A stretch of 64,000 bases of DNA from a bacterium. Lineage in GTDB: Bacteria > SZUA-79 > Acidulodesulfobacterales > Acidulodesulfobacteraceae. The stretch covers positions 7,336-71,335 of the forward strand of contig QIJE01000006.1 of NCBI GenBank assembly GCA_003232385.1, read 5' to 3'. Position 1 is the stretch's first letter. The number at the start of each line of letters is the position of its first letter. The notes beneath the pieces are model-generated. The model searched no databases, was not told where the DNA came from, and saw only the letters and a list, made by a program, of their open reading frames with translations. The translations under genes and the position numbers were made by a program. Below, piece by piece: positions 40,115 to 49,688 of this stretch.

Positions 40115-41485
40115 ATGGATAAAAATATTATGAGTAATAATCTAATTTTTAGTGTATCGGAACTCTCTCGTCTTTTGAAAGAAACAATAGAAGGGAGTTT
40201 TTATAATATAAAAGTAAAAGGTGAGATATCGGGCTTGAAGACGAATTATTCTTCAGGGTATTATTTTGATCTTAAAGACGAATATGCAAAATTAAAATGT
40301 ATAATTTTTAAAAGCGATATTCGAAAAATACGATGCGAAATTAAAGACGGATTATCGGTGACCGCTTATGGAAGAATAGGCTTATATGAACCTAGGGGGG
40401 AATATAGCTTTATAATATCAGAATTGGAACCTTCCGGCTACGGAGAGCTTTATATATTATTCGAACGGTTAAAGAGTAAACTTAGAAAAGAGGGATTATT
40501 CGATAATTCGCATAAAAGGAAAATTCCTTTTATGCCTGAAACTATAGGGATAGTTACGTCAAAAAACGGTGCAGTTTTGCATGATATAATCAAGGTCATA
40601 GAATCAAGATTCGAGAATGTATCGATAATATTAGCTAATGCGAGTGTTCAGGGCAAGAACAGCTCGACCGAAATAGTTGCCGCAATTGAGCTTTTGAATT
40701 TATACGGTAAGACGCAAAGAAAAATTGACGTTATTATAGTCGGTAGGGGCGGGGGGAGTATCGAAGATTTATGGGTTTTTAATGAAGAGACGACGGCAAG
40801 GGCTATATATAATTCGGCTATTCCCGTAATCAGTGCGATAGGTCATGAAACCGATTTTACTATTGCCGATTTTACCGCAGATAGACGAGCTTCTACGCCT
40901 TCAAATGCTGCTGAGATAGTTGTTCCCGTAAAATTCGAACTCATAAAACAATTAAAAACATTAAGGGGCAGGATAGAACAGGGGGTTTTTAATATCGTTT
41001 CTGCCAAAAAGGGTAGTTTATCTAATTTAATAGAAAACAGGGAGCGGGTTTCTCCGAAAAGATTGATTCAGGATAAAATGCTTCGGGTCTATGACATATC
41101 GGATAGGATACGTAAGGTTGTGAGCGGACGCCTTGATTTGTTAAAAGTCAATGCTTCCCATTTGAATAAAAGGCTTTCGCTGAAAAATCCTTCAGCTGTT
41201 TTTAATGAAAGCAGAGTTTATGTTACAGGTTTATCGGAGAGGCTTAAAAATGCAGCGGGAGTTACAATATTGAATTGTAAAAATAGGCTTCAAACCGAAA
41301 GCAAGGCATTGAATTATTTAAGCCCCTATAACGTTTTGAGAAGGGGATACGGCATAGTTTTTACCGATAAAAATGAAATCGTTTCTTCGGTTTTAAACGT
41401 CGAAGATAACGAAAATATAAAAATAGCCTTAAGCGACGGCAGTCTAAACGCCACAGTCAACGGAAAAGAATTTAATAAAAAATAG
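40115..41485 (+). CDS. xseA: Exodeoxyribonuclease VII large subunit
   Basis: OB-fold N-terminus (VSELSRLLKETIE...VKGEIS), GIVTS...GAVLHDI, GRGGGSIEDLW.FN.E, SAIGHETDFTI. Confidence 0.9.
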   Translation: MDKNIMSNNLIFSVSELSRLLKETIEGSFYNIKVKGEISGLKTNYSSGYYFDLKDEYAKLKCIIFKSDIRKIRCEIKDGLSVTAYGRIGLYEPRGEYSFIISELEPSGYGELYILFERLKSKLRKEGLFDNSHKRKIPFMPETIGIVTSKNGAVLHDIIKVIESRFENVSIILANASVQGKNSSTEIVAAIELLNLYGKTQRKIDVIIVGRGGGSIEDLWVFNEETTARAIYNSAIPVISAIGHETDFTIADFTADRRASTPSNAAEIVVPVKFELIKQLKTLRGRIEQGVFNIVSAKKGSLSNLIENRERVSPKRLIQDKMLRVYDISDRIRKVVSGRLDLLKVNASHLNKRLSLKNPSAVFNESRVYVTGLSERLKNAAGVTILNCKNRLQTESKALNYLSPYNVLRRGYGIVFTDKNEIVSSVLNVEDNENIKIALSDGSLNATVNGKEFNKK

Positions 41486-41497
41486 GTTCCTTTATTC

Positions 41498-42634
41498 CTA
41501 CCGTTTTTTCTTTTCAATAATATGTATGGCAGATTTTTTTAATGAAATGTTGATGGTTTTTCCTTCAAAAAGATGCATTACTTCGTACGCATGAAACGGT
41601 ATTAGAGCCTTAAATTCCAAACCGCTCTCAGATTTAATTAGTATTTCCATCATGCGTAGCGTGAAAACCGATGAAATAATTTTTCCGGTAAAGTGGTTCT
41701 CTCTTACCGACCTTGAAGCCCCCCGATCTTCCCTCAGTATCATCACTTCCTCCGGTCTTATTGCGAATACAATTCGCTCGTTTACCTTGAACGTTCCGTA
41801 ATAATCGGCCTCTATATAAATATTTTCCGGTTTTTCATTCTTAAGTCTGATTTTGACTATATTATTTTTTTTGTCTATTTCTGATATGATACCGTCGAAT
41901 ATGTTTTCCGTTCCTATAAGAAAAGCCGTTTCTATAGAGGACGGTTTTTTTAAAACATCCTTTGGCCGTCCTGAATCTTTAATTTCACCCTTATTTAAAA
42001 TAAACATTTTATTTGATAGATTTATAACGTCTTCTATATCATGCGTTACGAGCAGTATGGAAATTTTGAGCTCGCAGTTTATTTCTTTAATGAGTTTTCT
42101 AACCTTAGTTTTAGAAATAATATCGAGGTTTGAAAAGGGTTCGTCCATGAGTATTATTTCCGGGTTAACGATTAACGCCCTCGCTAAAGAAACCCTTTGA
42201 GCTTGCCCCATGCTTATTTCACTCGGATACCGTTTTTCAAGACCGGTTATTCCGAGGAGTCCCATTATTTCTTTCGGCGATTCCAACGCCTTTTTATTGC
42301 TTGTCGTATGTCTCTTCTTGTTAGCTCTTAATTTTGAACCGAAGGCTATATTTTCCAGTACGTTCATATGCGGAAACAAAAGCGGTTCGTCCATTACAAG
42401 GGTGGTAGACCTTTCATACGGTTCAAGATTATTAATATTTTTTTCGTTAAGTACAATGTCCCCGCTGTCCTGTTTAATAATTCCACAAATTATTTTTAAA
42501 AGCGTACTTTTGCCCTCGCCGGAATACCCGAAAATGGATGAAATTTCGCCGTTTTCTATGTCCAAATTTATACCGTGCAGGACTTTTTTATTGGAAAAAT
42601 TTTTATAGATGTTTTTAATTTCTAATAGTTTCAT
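41498..42634 (-). CDS. ABC importer ATPase with C-terminal TOBE-like domain (molybdate/tungstate type)
   Basis: Walker A GYSGEGKST, signature ISMGQAQRVSLARAL, Walker B ILMDEPFSNLD, about 130-aa C-terminal extension. Confidence 0.75.
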   Translation of the reverse strand: MKLLEIKNIYKNFSNKKVLHGINLDIENGEISSIFGYSGEGKSTLLKIICGIIKQDSGDIVLNEKNINNLEPYERSTTLVMDEPLLFPHMNVLENIAFGSKLRANKKRHTTSNKKALESPKEIMGLLGITGLEKRYPSEISMGQAQRVSLARALIVNPEIILMDEPFSNLDIISKTKVRKLIKEINCELKISILLVTHDIEDVINLSNKMFILNKGEIKDSGRPKDVLKKPSSIETAFLIGTENIFDGIISEIDKKNNIVKIRLKNEKPENIYIEADYYGTFKVNERIVFAIRPEEVMILREDRGASRSVRENHFTGKIISSVFTLRMMEILIKSESGLEFKALIPFHAYEVMHLFEGKTINISLKKSAIHIIEKKKR

Positions 42635-43431
42635 TTTGGTTTCATTTTGTAGCTAAAGTACTTAAAAACCCCTAGAGAAAACATGGAGACGAGCATCAAA
42701 ATACCGGCAATTGCAATGGCGGCAGGGTAGTTGCCGTAGCTTGTCTTAACAAAAACCTCTATAGGGGCGGTTTCGGTTACATTAGGAATAACACCGGATA
42801 TCATTTGCGTTGCCGCATACTCACCCATAGATCTTGACCAGCTTATCGCAAGTCCTGCCATAATGCCGTTATAAGAAAGCGGGAGTATAATTTTGGAAAG
42901 GATATCAAATGAATCGGCACCGAGTGTTTTGCTTAAGTCTATTATGTTTCTGTTTATAGAATCGAAAGATGTTTTAACTATATTTACGAAAAAAGGAAAT
43001 GATATAATTAATTGCACCAAAACAATACCTTGGGGCGTAAATACGAATTTTATTCCGTTGTCTATAAACAACTTTCCTACAGGGTTAAGGGGTCCCATAG
43101 TGATCAAGACGGCAAAACCAATCACGAGTGGTGACGTAGTAAGCGGAAGATTAGAGACAGAATCAAGAATAAAAGATATTTTGCTGTTATGAAACGACAG
43201 TATATATGCAATAGGAATGCCTATGATTAAGTTTATCAGAATAACTATAAATGAAATTTTAAAACTTAAAAAGATAGAATTCCAGAGATTAACGTTTTCT
43301 AATTCTTTTATAAAAAGACCGGGGGATGTTTGAAAAAATATTCCCGAAAGAAGCAGTATCAGCGCAATAAAAAATAAAAACGAGATAATATAAACTATTA
43401 TGTTGAATATCTTATTTTTATTAAAACGCAT
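42631..43431 (-). CDS. ABC importer permease (ModB-like)
   Basis: 266 aa, about 6 TM helices, EAA-like loop (LSKTLGADSFDILSKIILP). 4-nt overlap with the ATPase gene. Confidence 0.75.
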   Translation of the reverse strand: MRFNKNKIFNIIVYIISFLFFIALILLLSGIFFQTSPGLFIKELENVNLWNSIFLSFKISFIVILINLIIGIPIAYILSFHNSKISFILDSVSNLPLTTSPLVIGFAVLITMGPLNPVGKLFIDNGIKFVFTPQGIVLVQLIISFPFFVNIVKTSFDSINRNIIDLSKTLGADSFDILSKIILPLSYNGIMAGLAISWSRSMGEYAATQMISGVIPNVTETAPIEVFVKTSYGNYPAAIAIAGILMLVSMFSLGVFKYFSYKMKPK

Positions 43432-43502
43432 TTATCAATTTTATCATTTAATATAAAGTATAATTTTTCGTTTATAAATAATTACTGTTAATTTTATAAT
43501 GT

Positions 43503-44363
43503 CTATCTTACGGGAGAAAACCCCCAATATTTCAATATCTTTTTTCCTTTTTTTGAAAAAAGAAGTCGTATAAAGTCTTTATCGAGGGTTTTATATCTTG
43601 ATTGATTTAAAATAGAGGCTGTAAATTTTGCCTTGGTGTTATATTTTTCAGGGATGGGTATTATATTAATCTTAGCTCCGCTTCTTTTAAGTTCAAGAAG
43701 TTGAGATTCGTAGAGTATGCCTAAATCGGCATTTCCGCTTTCTAAAACGGGCATGATCATAGCGGCATCTATTAAATGGTTGGTATGGTTAGTAATTTTT
43801 TTGAAAGCCCCGGGAAACCTTCGATTGATTATTCTAAACATTGCCCATGTATAATCTCCGGCAGGATCGGCGTGAGGGCTTGAGGTGGCAAGAGTAACAT
43901 TTGCATCCATTAATTTCTGTATCAGATTAGATTTCGTAACGCGGGCAGGATTGTTGTAGGGTGTGGCTGCGGCTAAATAATTGTATGCAAAAATTTTGTA
44001 GGAATTTAAAAATCCCTTTCTCTTGAGTTGTCTTTGGAATTTTTCGTTTGCGGATAAAAAAATATCACAGGGCGCTCCCTCTTCTATATCGCCTTTAAGA
44101 ACGCCGGCACCTAAAAAATCATAATCTATTTTAACGTTGGGGTGTTCTTTTTTAAAAATATTGCCTATTTCGGTAACGGGTTTAGGGAGGGCGTCGGCTG
44201 CCATTATTTTTAAGGTTAACGCATTTGCGGGGAAAACGTTAATAATAACGGCAAAACCCGTGAAAGCTAAAAACAAACCGATATAAAAAATTAAAGCCTT
44301 GTAGTAAACAGATTTTAATATAGCGTGTGATATAACACGCACAACTTTCGTATTAGTTTGCAT
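43503..44363 (-). CDS. Periplasmic oxyanion-binding protein (ModA-like)
   Basis: N-terminal anchor or signal. GAPCDIFLSANEKF resembles GAPADLFISAD of ModA. ADPAGDY segment. Confidence 0.65.
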   Translation of the reverse strand: MQTNTKVVRVISHAILKSVYYKALIFYIGLFLAFTGFAVIINVFPANALTLKIMAADALPKPVTEIGNIFKKEHPNVKIDYDFLGAGVLKGDIEEGAPCDIFLSANEKFQRQLKRKGFLNSYKIFAYNYLAAATPYNNPARVTKSNLIQKLMDANVTLATSSPHADPAGDYTWAMFRIINRRFPGAFKKITNHTNHLIDAAMIMPVLESGNADLGILYESQLLELKRSGAKINIIPIPEKYNTKAKFTASILNQSRYKTLDKDFIRLLFSKKGKKILKYWGFSPVR

Positions 44364-44390
44364 TTCTACCTTAAATTATTTAGAACTTTA

Positions 44391-44419
44391 ATTATACCTA
44401 TTGCATTGTGTACGGCTAA
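44391..44419 (-). promoter_or_regulatory. Possible promoter for the modA-like operon (TTAGCC-17-TATAAT on the minus strand)
   Basis: -10 TATAAT is the complement of 44391-44396; -35 is the complement of 44414-44419. The AT-rich background makes chance matches likely. Confidence 0.3.
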
Positions 44420-44460
44420 AAAAATAGGCGATTGTTAAAAGGCTCTATTTTTTTAGCCGT
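44412..44460 (-). terminator. 15-bp perfect inverted repeat downstream of the traT-like gene
   Basis: ACGGCTAAAAAAATA (44412-44426) pairs with TATTTTTTTAGCCGT (44446-44460) around a 19-nt loop. There is no separate U-tract after the stem on the minus strand. Confidence 0.35.
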
Positions 44461-44481
44461 TATTTTATTGTCGTAGAGATG

Positions 44482-45291
44482 TCAGGGCATCAGATTTGCG
44501 ATAGAATGAGCAATCTGCTTTTTCAATAGAGGTTCTGCAGTTCTAAATACCAAGTTCATCGCTTTTGCCTGAGAAACTATCCTATCCCTGTATATCGCCC
44601 AATTCTTTACTCCGGCATTATACGTTGTAGTAGAATTCCCCAGCCCTTCACTCGTAGAAGTCCTATTTGTCATATATGAGCCTTTTTGCCTTTGTTCTAA
44701 CTGAATATCGACTACCATAATGTATGCTTTGTTTTTAAAAGCAGAGCCGATAGCAGCGCCTATTAGCCCCCCTATTAATCCGCCTGCAATAACTCCGGTA
44801 GCAGAATTATATCTTGAGCCAATCAACGCACCGCCAAATCCCCCTGCGAGAGCGCCTGACATTGTGTATGATTTTGTCTTTTTTCCTATATAAAGAACGT
44901 TAGACATAAGCATAAAATTTGCCTTTCCGGGATTATTAGTGATAGTGTAGCCTTCATTGATTAAATAAGAGATGAGTTCCTGTTTAAAGTTAAGTCCGGT
45001 AGCCGTGGAAGTGTTTCTTGCGCTTACGTATATGATTTTGTCATTAGGGGCGACAGGTTGTAAGAATATACTAGAACTCATCTTCGTGCTCAATGTCACG
45101 CCGTTTGAAGACAAACCGCTGGCAGACGTTACGGAACCGGCGGTCGTAGCACATCCGGAAAAAATAAAAATAGGTAACGACAAAAACAAAAGAAGAGCAA
45201 TGATTTTAAGCCTAATTTTTGAAAATTTTAGAGAGACGCCGTTGTGACCTTGGAAAAGTCCAAAAACAAAGCTATGGTTTTTGTAATACAT
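44482..45291 (-). CDS. traT: TraT-family outer-membrane lipoprotein (complement-resistance / surface-exclusion protein homologue)
   Basis: Lipobox IFSGC and a Gly-zipper core (GALAGGFGGALIG...GGLIGGLIGAAIG). Blocks MSSSIFLQP, VVDIQLEQRQK and YRDRIVSQAKAMNLVFRTAEPLLKKQIAHSIANL parallel F-plasmid TraT as I recall it ([55 protein letters not shown]). AGGAGGG SD. Confidence 0.65.
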   Translation of the reverse strand: MYYKNHSFVFGLFQGHNGVSLKFSKIRLKIIALLLFLSLPIFIFSGCATTAGSVTSASGLSSNGVTLSTKMSSSIFLQPVAPNDKIIYVSARNTSTATGLNFKQELISYLINEGYTITNNPGKANFMLMSNVLYIGKKTKSYTMSGALAGGFGGALIGSRYNSATGVIAGGLIGGLIGAAIGSAFKNKAYIMVVDIQLEQRQKGSYMTNRTSTSEGLGNSTTTYNAGVKNWAIYRDRIVSQAKAMNLVFRTAEPLLKKQIAHSIANLMP

Positions 45292-45463
45292 CTTAACAAC
45301 CCTCCTTTAATTTTATTTTTTAATATTATGTTAGATATTTGAGATATTATCATTATAAATAAAAAAAATCAAGGACTAAGAACCCAAGAGAATGCTTATG
45401 GTTATACAAAGTGAATAACAATTAATTAAATTTTAACACTGAATATTTTTTAATATTAAATCA

Positions 45464-46507
45464 TTATTTTAAATATTTATTAATGTTTTTTACTTGTTCG
45501 GTAAGGTTATTAGTGAATATCGTCTTTCCGTGTTTCGTGGAGATATAATATAAATACCGAGTTTTAGCAGGATTAGCGGCAGCCTTAATAGCGGAAATAT
45601 TCGGGTTTGCAATAGGCGTGGGCGGAAGACCGTAATTTGAATATGTATTGTAAGGGGATTTTATTTTGAGATAAGCACTATTCATATTTAAGGCCGGATT
45701 AAAATTTCCGTTTCTTTTCGTTTTTATATATTTTTTGTACGCAAGCAGGTTTCTGGCATAAATAGAGGTTGAGTCAATATCGAGGGGCATATTAATTTTA
45801 AGCCTATTGTGAATTACGGATGAAACTAATCGCATATTTTTTTTAGAGTTTTCATTTGCTTCTTTAGTTATTATAGAGGCTATTATTAGATTTTTATAGC
45901 CGAGTTTTAAATTTTTAGTTTTTATGTTAAACTCCGTTACCATTTCTTTAATGATTTTTACCGGATTAGAATCAATCTTAAAAATATACGTATTCGGATA
46001 TAAAAAGCCCTCAACGTTCCTTTCATCTATCCCTATACTTAAAAGGAGTTTTCTGTTAAAGCATTCTTTTAAGAATAATTTTTTGCCGGTTATTCTGTTT
46101 TTCGCTAGAATTTTAGCTATTTGGAATATATTCAAACCCGGCGGAACGGTTACTTTAACCGAGGCAATCCTGCCGTTTACGAATTCATGGTATATAGAGA
46201 CAGGGGATTGGCTGGCAGAAACATAGTACGTGCCTGCCTCTATATATTCCGAATAACCGCTGATAAAGCCGATAAAATAAAATAAATATGGATTGGTTAT
46301 GAGTTTTTTACGATAAAGTCTATATGTTATCTCTCTTAGAGAATTTCCTTGTTTTATGGTAATAAGTTCATGTTTTTTATGGATATACGATCGTGGAGTA
46401 AATATAAATAAAAAAAGATAACCGATAACGGTTAGGGGAATAATAATTTTTAGAATAAATGCTGTTTTTTTGGTTCGCTTATAAAGTATATGATCGAAAT
46501 AGCACAT
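45464..46507 (-). CDS. mltG: Endolytic murein transglycosylase MltG (YceG-like)
   Basis: N-terminal TM segment, ASIITKEA, NRLKINMPLDIDST, SPYNTYSNYGLPPTPIANP. Confidence 0.85.
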   Translation of the reverse strand: MCYFDHILYKRTKKTAFILKIIIPLTVIGYLFLFIFTPRSYIHKKHELITIKQGNSLREITYRLYRKKLITNPYLFYFIGFISGYSEYIEAGTYYVSASQSPVSIYHEFVNGRIASVKVTVPPGLNIFQIAKILAKNRITGKKLFLKECFNRKLLLSIGIDERNVEGFLYPNTYIFKIDSNPVKIIKEMVTEFNIKTKNLKLGYKNLIIASIITKEANENSKKNMRLVSSVIHNRLKINMPLDIDSTSIYARNLLAYKKYIKTKRNGNFNPALNMNSAYLKIKSPYNTYSNYGLPPTPIANPNISAIKAAANPAKTRYLYYISTKHGKTIFTNNLTEQVKNINKYLK

Positions 46508-46603
46508 TGCATAACATTTGATATTTTTTTAAGCTAAAGGTAAATGTAAATCAAAAACATTATAGTATTACAATCGTACGATATAAATAAATTGTATAGT
46601 TAT

Positions 46604-47056
46604 TTAATTCTTGTTCCTATCTAAATATGATTGCAAAATAAGCGCCGAAGCAACCGAATCTACTATTTCCTTCCTTTTTTTCCTTTTAACGTTTTGACTT
46701 ATGAGACTTTTTTGCGCCTGAAGAGTAGAAAATCTCTCGTCATAAATCGTTATGGTAATTTTCTCATCGTCGGTTTCATTGCCCGATTCATTGATTGCAT
46801 TTTTCAATTCCTTAATAAATTTATCAATATTAATAGATATTTTCGTTTGCTTTCCTTTTAGACCAATAGGCATCCCGACAACTATTAAGCCGATATTTTC
46901 GAGGTCTATAATCTCTTTCAGTTTATAAATAGCTCCTTTTAATGAGTCGTTATGTATGTATTTAAATGGAAACGCAATAGTTTGGGTGTCATCGCTCAAA
47001 GAAAGACCTATCTTCTTTAAGCCGAAGTCAACACCCAGCGCTTTTTTATTCTGCAT
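46604..47056 (-). CDS. ruvX: YqgF/RuvX putative pre-16S rRNA nuclease
   Basis: LGVDFGLKKIGLSLSD, VVGMPIGLKG, YDERFST, VDSVASALILQSYL. Confidence 0.85.
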   Translation of the reverse strand: MQNKKALGVDFGLKKIGLSLSDDTQTIAFPFKYIHNDSLKGAIYKLKEIIDLENIGLIVVGMPIGLKGKQTKISINIDKFIKELKNAINESGNETDDEKITITIYDERFSTLQAQKSLISQNVKRKKRKEIVDSVASALILQSYLDRNKN

Positions 47057-48035
47057 ATTCTAATCCTAAATCATTTATTAATTCTATGTCAAGTTCCGGA
47101 TTTCTTCCGGAGGTAAGCAGATAATTGCCGAGGAGTAATCCGTTTGCTCCGGCCATTAAGGCGAGGGGCTGAAGTTGGCGGAGATTATGTTCTCTGCCTC
47201 CCTGTGCGAGGATGTTCTTCTTCGGATTGACAAGCCTAAATATTGCAATGGTCTTAAGGCATTCCATCGGTGTTAATGCATCGGTATTTTCAAGCAGAGT
47301 ACCTTTTATCGGATTTAGGAAATTTATCGGAATGTTGTCTGCATCTATTTTTTTTATTTCCTTAGCCATGTTTATTCTATCATATTCAGATTCACCCATT
47401 CCTATTATTACTCCGGAACATACCTTGAGTCCGGCTCGTTTTGCAGATTTAACGGTTTCCACATTGTCGGCAAAAGAGTGAGTAGAACAGATTTTAGGAA
47501 AATAATTACTGCTTGTTTCAATGTTATGATGAAATATTTCAAGGCCGCAGTTCTTTAAAAATAATAAATGTTCATACTTCATGAGTCCGAGGGATGCGCA
47601 AGGGACGATCCCTACCTCTTCCTTTATACGCTTAACCGCATCGGCAATCACTTTGAGTTCGTTTTCGTCATTTATGGAAGTTCCACTTGTTACAATAGAA
47701 AATTCATTTGCGCCGTTATTCTTGGCTATTTTTGCAGCTTTGACTATTTCTGAAACCGATAGAAGTCTATTTATTTTTATTTTCTTTTCCTCTTTACCGG
47801 CAATTATTGATTGACCGCAAAATGCACAATCCTCGGAACATATCCCGGTTTTTGCACTGACAATGGAGCAAAAATTGACTCTTTTTCCGGTATATCTTTC
47901 TTTAAGTTCGAGGGCTAAAGAAAAAAGTTCTATAACGGGGGACCCGGAGAGCTTATAAATAGATAAAAGAATATCATCGGGAAGTTCTACTCCGTTATCG
48001 ATTAAATTTTTTATACGAGCCGTCAGTGAGGACAT
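47046..48035 (-). CDS. bioB: Biotin synthase
   Basis: Radical SAM motif CSEDCAFCGQS; FHHNIETS; BioB length and layout. Confidence 0.9.
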   Translation of the reverse strand: MSSLTARIKNLIDNGVELPDDILLSIYKLSGSPVIELFSLALELKERYTGKRVNFCSIVSAKTGICSEDCAFCGQSIIAGKEEKKIKINRLLSVSEIVKAAKIAKNNGANEFSIVTSGTSINDENELKVIADAVKRIKEEVGIVPCASLGLMKYEHLLFLKNCGLEIFHHNIETSSNYFPKICSTHSFADNVETVKSAKRAGLKVCSGVIIGMGESEYDRINMAKEIKKIDADNIPINFLNPIKGTLLENTDALTPMECLKTIAIFRLVNPKKNILAQGGREHNLRQLQPLALMAGANGLLLGNYLLTSGRNPELDIELINDLGLEYAE

Positions 48036-48083
48036 TATATAGTTATATCAATTTGTTTAATTTTTTCATATTTATAAAATGCA

Positions 48084-48446
48084 TTAGATATTGCCGTTGC
48101 TATTATCTTCGGTTTCGCTGAAAGCTTTGTTGTTTTTAAGCATGGAAATAAGCTCATCAATACTTTTAGAATTATCAATTATATCAAACATAATTTTAAT
48201 TTTATTCTGATAATCTATAATTCTTTTTCTTAAGCCTATTATTACGGATACTCCTTCGTCATTGACCCCGAGGTCATTTTTAATCTCGGAAATAAGCCTG
48301 AGCATATCTGCGGTTTTATCATCAATATAAAACTCGTTTTCCTGCCGTTCCACAGTAATCATGCCTTCGTAAACGAAAAACATTACGGATTCATTATTTA
48401 AGTTAATTTTATTGCAAAAACTTGCAAGGTTAATACAACAATCCAT
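48084..48446 (-). CDS. cbpM: CbpM-like (MerR_2-type) chaperone modulator
   Basis: Directly downstream of the cbpA-like gene. The segment DDKTADMLRLISEIKNDLGVNDEGVSVIIGLRKRI resembles the CbpM core. The true start may be an internal Met. Confidence 0.5.
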   Translation of the reverse strand: MDCCINLASFCNKINLNNESVMFFVYEGMITVERQENEFYIDDKTADMLRLISEIKNDLGVNDEGVSVIIGLRKRIIDYQNKIKIMFDIIDNSKSIDELISMLKNNKAFSETEDNSNGNI

Positions 48447-48467
48447 AATAAATAATAAACTCCTCTT

Positions 48468-49337
48468 TTAAAATCCCTCTTTAGAAAGTTCCGTAAATAT
48501 TTTTTTCGTTTTATCCGAAACGTTAGAAGGAATATCAACTTGTACCGTAACTATTAAGTCACCTCGTCTTTTTCCGGAAACGTCTGTTGCACCCTTCTTA
48601 GGGATACGGAATTTCGTTCCGTTTTGAGTTCCTGGGGGGATTTTAAGCATAAACTTTCCCTCTATTGCGGAAACTTCTACTTTTGCCCCAAGAATGGCTT
48701 CGGTTAATTTTATTTTTTTATTTATATAAATATCATTACCTTTTCTTTCCAATATGTTATCGCTTAAGATAGTTATGGTTATATATAAATTGCCGTTAGC
48801 TCCGCCGTTCATGCCGGGAGAACCTTTTCCTGAAATTTTTATTTTTCCGCCGTCGGAAATACCGGACGGTATTTTTATTTTTATCCTTTCTCCATTTATA
48901 TCTATGATTCTTTCGGTTCCCTTAACGCTTTCAATGACAGATATCTTAATAGAAGCTATCAGGTCGTTTCCTTTCATTTGTCCCTGTTTTTTTTCCGACC
49001 TGCTAAAAAGATCTGAAAATATATCTTCAAAGTTGAAGTTCGCACCCCCACCGGAATAGCCTTGGTAATATCCACCCTGTGAACGACTTCCTCCTGCGCC
49101 GGAATTTTTAAAGTTAGAATAGTTGGTTCCTAATTCATCATATTCTCTGCGTTTCTTTTTATCCTTAAGGACGTCATACGCTTCCTGCAACTCTTTAAAT
49201 TTGGATTCTGCCGTTTTATTATTAGGATTAACGTCGGGGTGATACTTTCTTGCCAGTTTTCTATAGGACTTCTTTATTGTATCTCCGGAAGCATTTTTAT
49301 CTACGCCAAGTATCTTATAATAATCTTTGTATTCCAT
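48468..49337 (-). CDS. cbpA: DnaJ-class co-chaperone lacking the zinc finger (CbpA-like)
   Basis: J-domain DYYKILGV...[12 protein letters not shown]-rich linker, two C-terminal beta domains, no CxxCxGxG repeats. Confidence 0.8.
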   Translation of the reverse strand: MEYKDYYKILGVDKNASGDTIKKSYRKLARKYHPDVNPNNKTAESKFKELQEAYDVLKDKKKRREYDELGTNYSNFKNSGAGGSRSQGGYYQGYSGGGANFNFEDIFSDLFSRSEKKQGQMKGNDLIASIKISVIESVKGTERIIDINGERIKIKIPSGISDGGKIKISGKGSPGMNGGANGNLYITITILSDNILERKGNDIYINKKIKLTEAILGAKVEVSAIEGKFMLKIPPGTQNGTKFRIPKKGATDVSGKRRGDLIVTVQVDIPSNVSDKTKKIFTELSKEGF

Positions 49338-49346
49338 ATATGTATA

Positions 49347-49375
49347 TTTATATCAGAAAATGCAAATAATTTCAA
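49347..49375 (-). promoter_or_regulatory. Possible cbpA promoter (TTGAAA-17-TATAAA) ending 9 nt before the ATG
   Basis: -35 is the complement of 49370-49375; -10 is the complement of 49347-49352. No SD precedes ATG 49337, which implies a near-leaderless mRNA. AT-rich context. Confidence 0.3.
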
Positions 49376-49379
49376 TAAA

Positions 49380-49427
49380 ATCCATAGCCCTTCTTCTATC
49401 AAGATATACGAAAGAAGGGCTATGGAT
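49380..49427 (-). terminator. Intrinsic terminator of the RiPP operon
   Basis: 16-bp perfect stem (49380-49395 with 49412-49427, core CCATAGCCCTTCTT/AAGAAGGGCTATGG) and a 16-nt loop. On the minus strand it is followed by TTTATTGAAATT. It begins 16 nt after the distal precursor stop. Confidence 0.7.
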
Positions 49428-49442
49428 AGTATTTAACTGTAT

Positions 49443-49562
49443 CTACTTGCAGCCCTTACAAGAATAGCAAGAACCTTTTGCATTATTGTCATTTGTTAAC
49501 ATATTGTAAAATTCTTCTGCCGAAATTTCTTGAATTGACGGTGTCTTGTAAATCTTTTTCAT
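49443..49562 (-). CDS. RiPP precursor peptide, distal copy, 39 aa: MKKIYKTPSIQEISAEEFYNMLTNDNNAKGSCYSCKGCK
   Basis: Hand-translated and below the ORF-track cutoff. ATG 49562, TAG 49445-49443. GGAGGTG SD (complement of 49569-49575) 6 nt from the ATG. C-terminal CxxCxxC. Co-oriented with the PqqD-like and rSAM/SPASM genes. Confidence 0.7.
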   Translation of the reverse strand: MKKIYKTPSIQEISAEEFYNMLTNDNNAKGSCYSCKGCK

Positions 49563-49578
49563 AGATTTCACCTCCTTT

Positions 49579-49615
49579 TTAATTATCGTTATCATAAATA
49601 TATTGCTTATTCAAG
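49579..49615 (-). pseudogene. Relic 3' fragment of the PqqD-like gene carried along by the duplication
   Basis: Identical to 49825-49861, the last 11 codons plus stop of the PqqD-like gene (..LNKQYIYDNDN*). No upstream reading frame. Confidence 0.6.
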
Positions 49616-49688
49616 GAATCCTTGTCCTTTTCCTCACGTCTTCAAAAAATAATTTAAAAGGATGAGGAAACCATGCAATATTAAATGT

